The translations under genes and the position numbers were made by a program. DNA of 64,000 nucleotides from Nitrospirota bacterium (lineage in GTDB: Bacteria; Nitrospirota; UBA9217): the NCBI GenBank assembly GCA_963737155.1, contig CAVTRN010000001.1, positions 1,152,001 through 1,216,000 on the forward strand, in the 5' to 3' direction. The notes below the pieces were generated by a model. The model saw nothing but the letters and a program-made list of their open reading frames with translations, ran no database searches and had not been told where the DNA came from. Positions 60,983 to 64,000 of this stretch are shown here, piece by piece. Numbering within the stretch: the first letter of the stretch is position 1; each line of letters begins with the position of its first letter.

Positions 60983-61849
60983 ATGGCAAAAATTCTTGAG
61001 AAAAGGCTGATTCGGCGGCCCGATGTATTTTATTATAAAATCGCTGCGCCGCTAATTTCCCGGAAAGCCAGCCCAGGACAGTTCGTGATCATCAGGCTCC
61101 ATGAGAAGGGCGAGCGCATCCCTCTGTCCTTGGCCGATATCAATCCTGTGGAAGGTACGATCAGTCTTATCGTCATGGCTGTGGGCAAAACCACTGCAGA
61201 GTTGTCAGGTTATGACGCAGGCGGAGATATCCTCGATTTGTGCGGTCCGTTGGGGATGCCGACGCATGTCGAACGGGTGGGCAGGGTGGTTCTTGTCGGC
61301 GGTGGTTTCGGCGTGGCCCCGCTCTACCCCATAGCGCGGGCCCTCAGAGCGGCAGGTAACAGGGTCACCGTCATCATGGGCGCGAGAAGCAGCGACTTGC
61401 TGATCTACGAGCAGGAGATGCTGGGCGTAAGCGACAAGATGCTGGTGACGACCGATGACGGAAGCAAGGGAGCCAAGGGCATCGTGACCACGGCCCTTAC
61501 GCAGGAGCTTGCATCTGGCGGCGCGGACCTTGTCATGGCGGTTGGTCCGGCTATCATGATGAAATTCGTCGCCGAAACCACTCGGCCCCTCGGTATCAAG
61601 ACGATGGTGAGCCTGAACCCCATCATGATTGACGGCACCGGTATGTGCGGCGGTTGCCGCGTCTCGATCGGTGGCGCCCTTAAGTTTGCCTGTATCGACG
61701 GACCGGAGTTCGACGGCCATGCCGTCGACTGGGATCTGCTCATCAACCGCCAACTGATTTATAAAAAGCAAGAAAAAGAATCCTTCGATAAGTGGAAACA
61801 ACGCCATGAACGCATGATGAGCAAAGACAAGCAGCCTATCTGTGAGTAG
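60983..61849 (+). CDS. NfnA/SudB-like FAD/NAD-binding 2Fe-2S subunit
   Basis: PGQFVI, GERIPL, GPLG, DGTGMCGGCRV..FACIDGPEF. Confidence 0.9.
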   Translation: MAKILEKRLIRRPDVFYYKIAAPLISRKASPGQFVIIRLHEKGERIPLSLADINPVEGTISLIVMAVGKTTAELSGYDAGGDILDLCGPLGMPTHVERVGRVVLVGGGFGVAPLYPIARALRAAGNRVTVIMGARSSDLLIYEQEMLGVSDKMLVTTDDGSKGAKGIVTTALTQELASGGADLVMAVGPAIMMKFVAETTRPLGIKTMVSLNPIMIDGTGMCGGCRVSIGGALKFACIDGPEFDGHAVDWDLLINRQLIYKKQEKESFDKWKQRHERMMSKDKQPICE

Positions 61850-61955
61850 CCCCGGGCGTTGCAACAGGAACATAATCAGCGGCAGGACGCCCCGGGAATC
61901 ATCCGGTAATCTCCTTGACACCCCATAATCGTTATGTTAATTTACCGGCACTGTA

Positions 61956-63485
61956 ATGTCACGGGAGGACCTTTTGGAAAATAAAAAAGGCTTAGTTGAA
62001 ATTATTGCGGAAAGATTCTGGAAGTTTTTTTCGTCCGTAAAACTCGCGGTCATATTGCTGATCATTCTTGCTATCGTTTCTGTCATCGGGACCATCATCC
62101 AGCAGAATGAATCTCCGGCAAGCTACCTGAGAGAATACAGCCAGTCCACGGTTCATCTGTTCGAAATTCTGGGGTTTTTCGACATGTACCATACCTGGTG
62201 GTTTGTGCTTCTCCTCTTTCTTCTCACGGCAAATCTGACGGTCTGCACGCTCGACAGGTTTCCTCATACCTGGGCGATCATTAAGGCGCCGCTCAAGCCC
62301 ATTGACGACAATATGCTGAAAGCGCTGCCATTCAGAAAAGAAATCACCCTTGAGGGGGGCATGGACAAGGCGATGGAGCGGTCGGCGAAAGCGCTGAAGA
62401 ACCATGGCTATGCTTACATCGAATCAAAAGATGCGACCGGGGTGCAGCTGCTGACCCAGAAGGGCGTCTACAGCCGTTTCGGTGTCTATATCACCCACGT
62501 TAGCATTCTTCTCATTTTTATCGGTGCGCTTATCGGCTCCTTCTTCGGTTTTAAAGCATTTCTGAACCTTCCCGAAGGGGAGGCCTCTAAAGTCGTTTAT
62601 CTCCGGAACGAACCGATATGGGACCAGATCGCGGATTCGCTCGGCATTGCCAGTAGTCCCGTGATCCATAGCCCTCAGCAGGACATGCCCGCCGAGATGC
62701 CGCTCGGGTATTACGTCCGGTGCGATAATTTTGATGTGGATTATTATATCAGTCCCTCGGGCATGCCGACCGGCATGCCTTCGGAATATCACAGCATGCT
62801 CAGCATTTATAATCTCAATGGTGAGAAGATTCTCGACAAGCGTATCCGGGTTAACGATCCGCTGACCTATCACGGCGTGACCTTTTACCAGTCGAGCTAC
62901 GGCACCATACCGGACGCCCGCGGCAAAGTGATCCTGAACATCCGCAAAAAGAGCGATACCCAGTCCCCGGGCGAAACAGTGGAAGTTGAGCTAGGAGGTT
63001 CGGTGTTTGTTCCCTCCATCGACCGGACGGTGAAAGTACTTGGATTCGAGCCTTTTGGTATGCGGACCTCCGCAAACGGCGAGGTGCAGTTTTTCAAGAC
63101 GGACAACAATGAATACATCAATCCGGGCGTGGAATTAGAGATATATAACGGTGAGAAGGCGCTCTACCGGACGGTCATTTTGAAAACAGATTCGGGGCAG
63201 CCTAATATGCCCGAGGACTACATCATCAGCTATGGCGGCTATTGGGGAACGCGCTACACGGGTCTGCAGGTCACCAAAGATCCCGGAGTCTGGGTTGTTT
63301 ACCCCGGTTTTGTTATGATCTGCGTCGGTCCGCTTATCGTGTTCTTCGGGTCTCATAAGAAACTTTGGGTTAGGATACAGAGTCGTGGGAGCAAGACGAT
63401 CGTTCTCGTGGCCGGATCCGCCAACCGGAACCGCATCGGGTTTGAACGAACATTCAATAAGGTTGTTGCAGAAATATCAGGGTAA
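61956..63485 (+). CDS. resB: Cytochrome c biogenesis protein ResB/Ccs1
   Basis: FFSSVKLA, GTIIQQ, HVSILLI, VNDPL..FYQSSY, TGLQVTKDPG. Confidence 0.92.
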   Translation: MSREDLLENKKGLVEIIAERFWKFFSSVKLAVILLIILAIVSVIGTIIQQNESPASYLREYSQSTVHLFEILGFFDMYHTWWFVLLLFLLTANLTVCTLDRFPHTWAIIKAPLKPIDDNMLKALPFRKEITLEGGMDKAMERSAKALKNHGYAYIESKDATGVQLLTQKGVYSRFGVYITHVSILLIFIGALIGSFFGFKAFLNLPEGEASKVVYLRNEPIWDQIADSLGIASSPVIHSPQQDMPAEMPLGYYVRCDNFDVDYYISPSGMPTGMPSEYHSMLSIYNLNGEKILDKRIRVNDPLTYHGVTFYQSSYGTIPDARGKVILNIRKKSDTQSPGETVEVELGGSVFVPSIDRTVKVLGFEPFGMRTSANGEVQFFKTDNNEYINPGVELEIYNGEKALYRTVILKTDSGQPNMPEDYIISYGGYWGTRYTGLQVTKDPGVWVVYPGFVMICVGPLIVFFGSHKKLWVRIQSRGSKTIVLVAGSANRNRIGFERTFNKVVAEISG

Positions 63486-63513
63486 CACCGCATCATTACT
63501 TCAGGAGGATTCA

Positions 63514-64000
63514 ATGAATAGTTCCTTACTCTTCAGTATTGCGACTTTGTCGTATTTGGTCGCGATGGTGCTGTATATAGGCTACCTCGCGTTTCGGAAA
63601 AAAGGAATCGGCACAACCGCAACGATCGTAACGGTCTTCGGCTTTTTGGTACAGACTGTGGCGCTGCTGCTCCGGTGGCGGGAGTCCTACCAGATGGATA
63701 TCGGCAGAGTGCCACTATCCAATCTCTACGAATCCCTGGTTTTCTTCACGTGGAGCACTGTTCTGATCTATCTGATCGTCGAATTCAAGTACAAGACGAA
63801 AGCCTTAGGCGCTTTTGTGATGCCCGTGGCATTCCTCGCCCTTGCATTCATCAACGTTGCCGGAATCAGCAGCGACATCACCCCGTTGGTTCCCGCACTC
63901 AAGAGCAACTGGCTTTTCTACCATGTGCTGATAAGCTTTCTTGGCTATGCCGCTTTCGGTGTTGCTTTCGCGATCAGCATGATTTACCTGTTGGTAGATA
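63514..64000 (+). CDS. ccsB: Cytochrome c biogenesis protein CcsB/ResC (3' end outside window)
   Basis: AGGAGG RBS; RW..PLSNLYES, PLVPALKSNWLFYHV. Confidence 0.92.
   Translation, partial: MNSSLLFSIATLSYLVAMVLYIGYLAFRKKGIGTTATIVTVFGFLVQTVALLLRWRESYQMDIGRVPLSNLYESLVFFTWSTVLIYLIVEFKYKTKALGAFVMPVAFLALAFINVAGISSDITPLVPALKSNWLFYHVLISFLGYAAFGVAFAISMIYLLVD

Noticed and set aside
1-64000. CRISPR array, rRNA, integron attC array, or intact retron/RT
   Set aside because: No regularly spaced repeats, rRNA signatures or RT motifs were found

Overview
Bacterial chromosomal window, probably from an anaerobic or microaerophilic Nitrospirota or deltaproteobacterial-type organism (inferred from gene content and a Geobacter-like pilin N-terminus). 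Core genes in order: surE-pcm, DUF190-crcB, an Nfu-type Fe-S carrier, a complete rnfCDGEAB operon, gcvH-lpdA plus a beta-barrel protein, a second disulfide oxidoreductase, degP, addAB-like helicase/nuclease, ferredoxin-trxA-tlpA, tRNA-Gly(CCC), cobU-cobT(pseudogene)-cobS-cobC, a TPP-riboswitch-led thiS-thiG-thiE-thiC-M23-thiD cluster, a sigma54-type type IV pilin, rph, iclR, larE, purD, nif3, purE, DUF89, tsaC, PIN-PhoH, VKOR-Trx, nfnA-like, resB and ccsB (truncated). Two accessory regions interrupt these. (1) A decayed island of about 12.7 kb at the tRNA-Gly 3' end (24339-37094), with two displaced tRNA 3'-end copies, an integrase remnant, IS1634, IS3 and ISL3 elements, two RecD2 remnants and several pseudogenes. 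(2) The pilin locus (45.3-50.3 kb), with IS200/IS605-type end hairpins and a tnpB remnant interrupted by a second IS1634. The two strongest novel leads are a candidate rod-like structured ncRNA of about 200 nt with its own predicted sigma70 promoter inside the island (32311-32508, minus strand), and two diverged IS1634-family elements flanked by TTAA that share an identically spaced TIR / IHF-like site / co-varying 12-bp repeat architecture. All calls are by eye; no database searches or folding programs were run.
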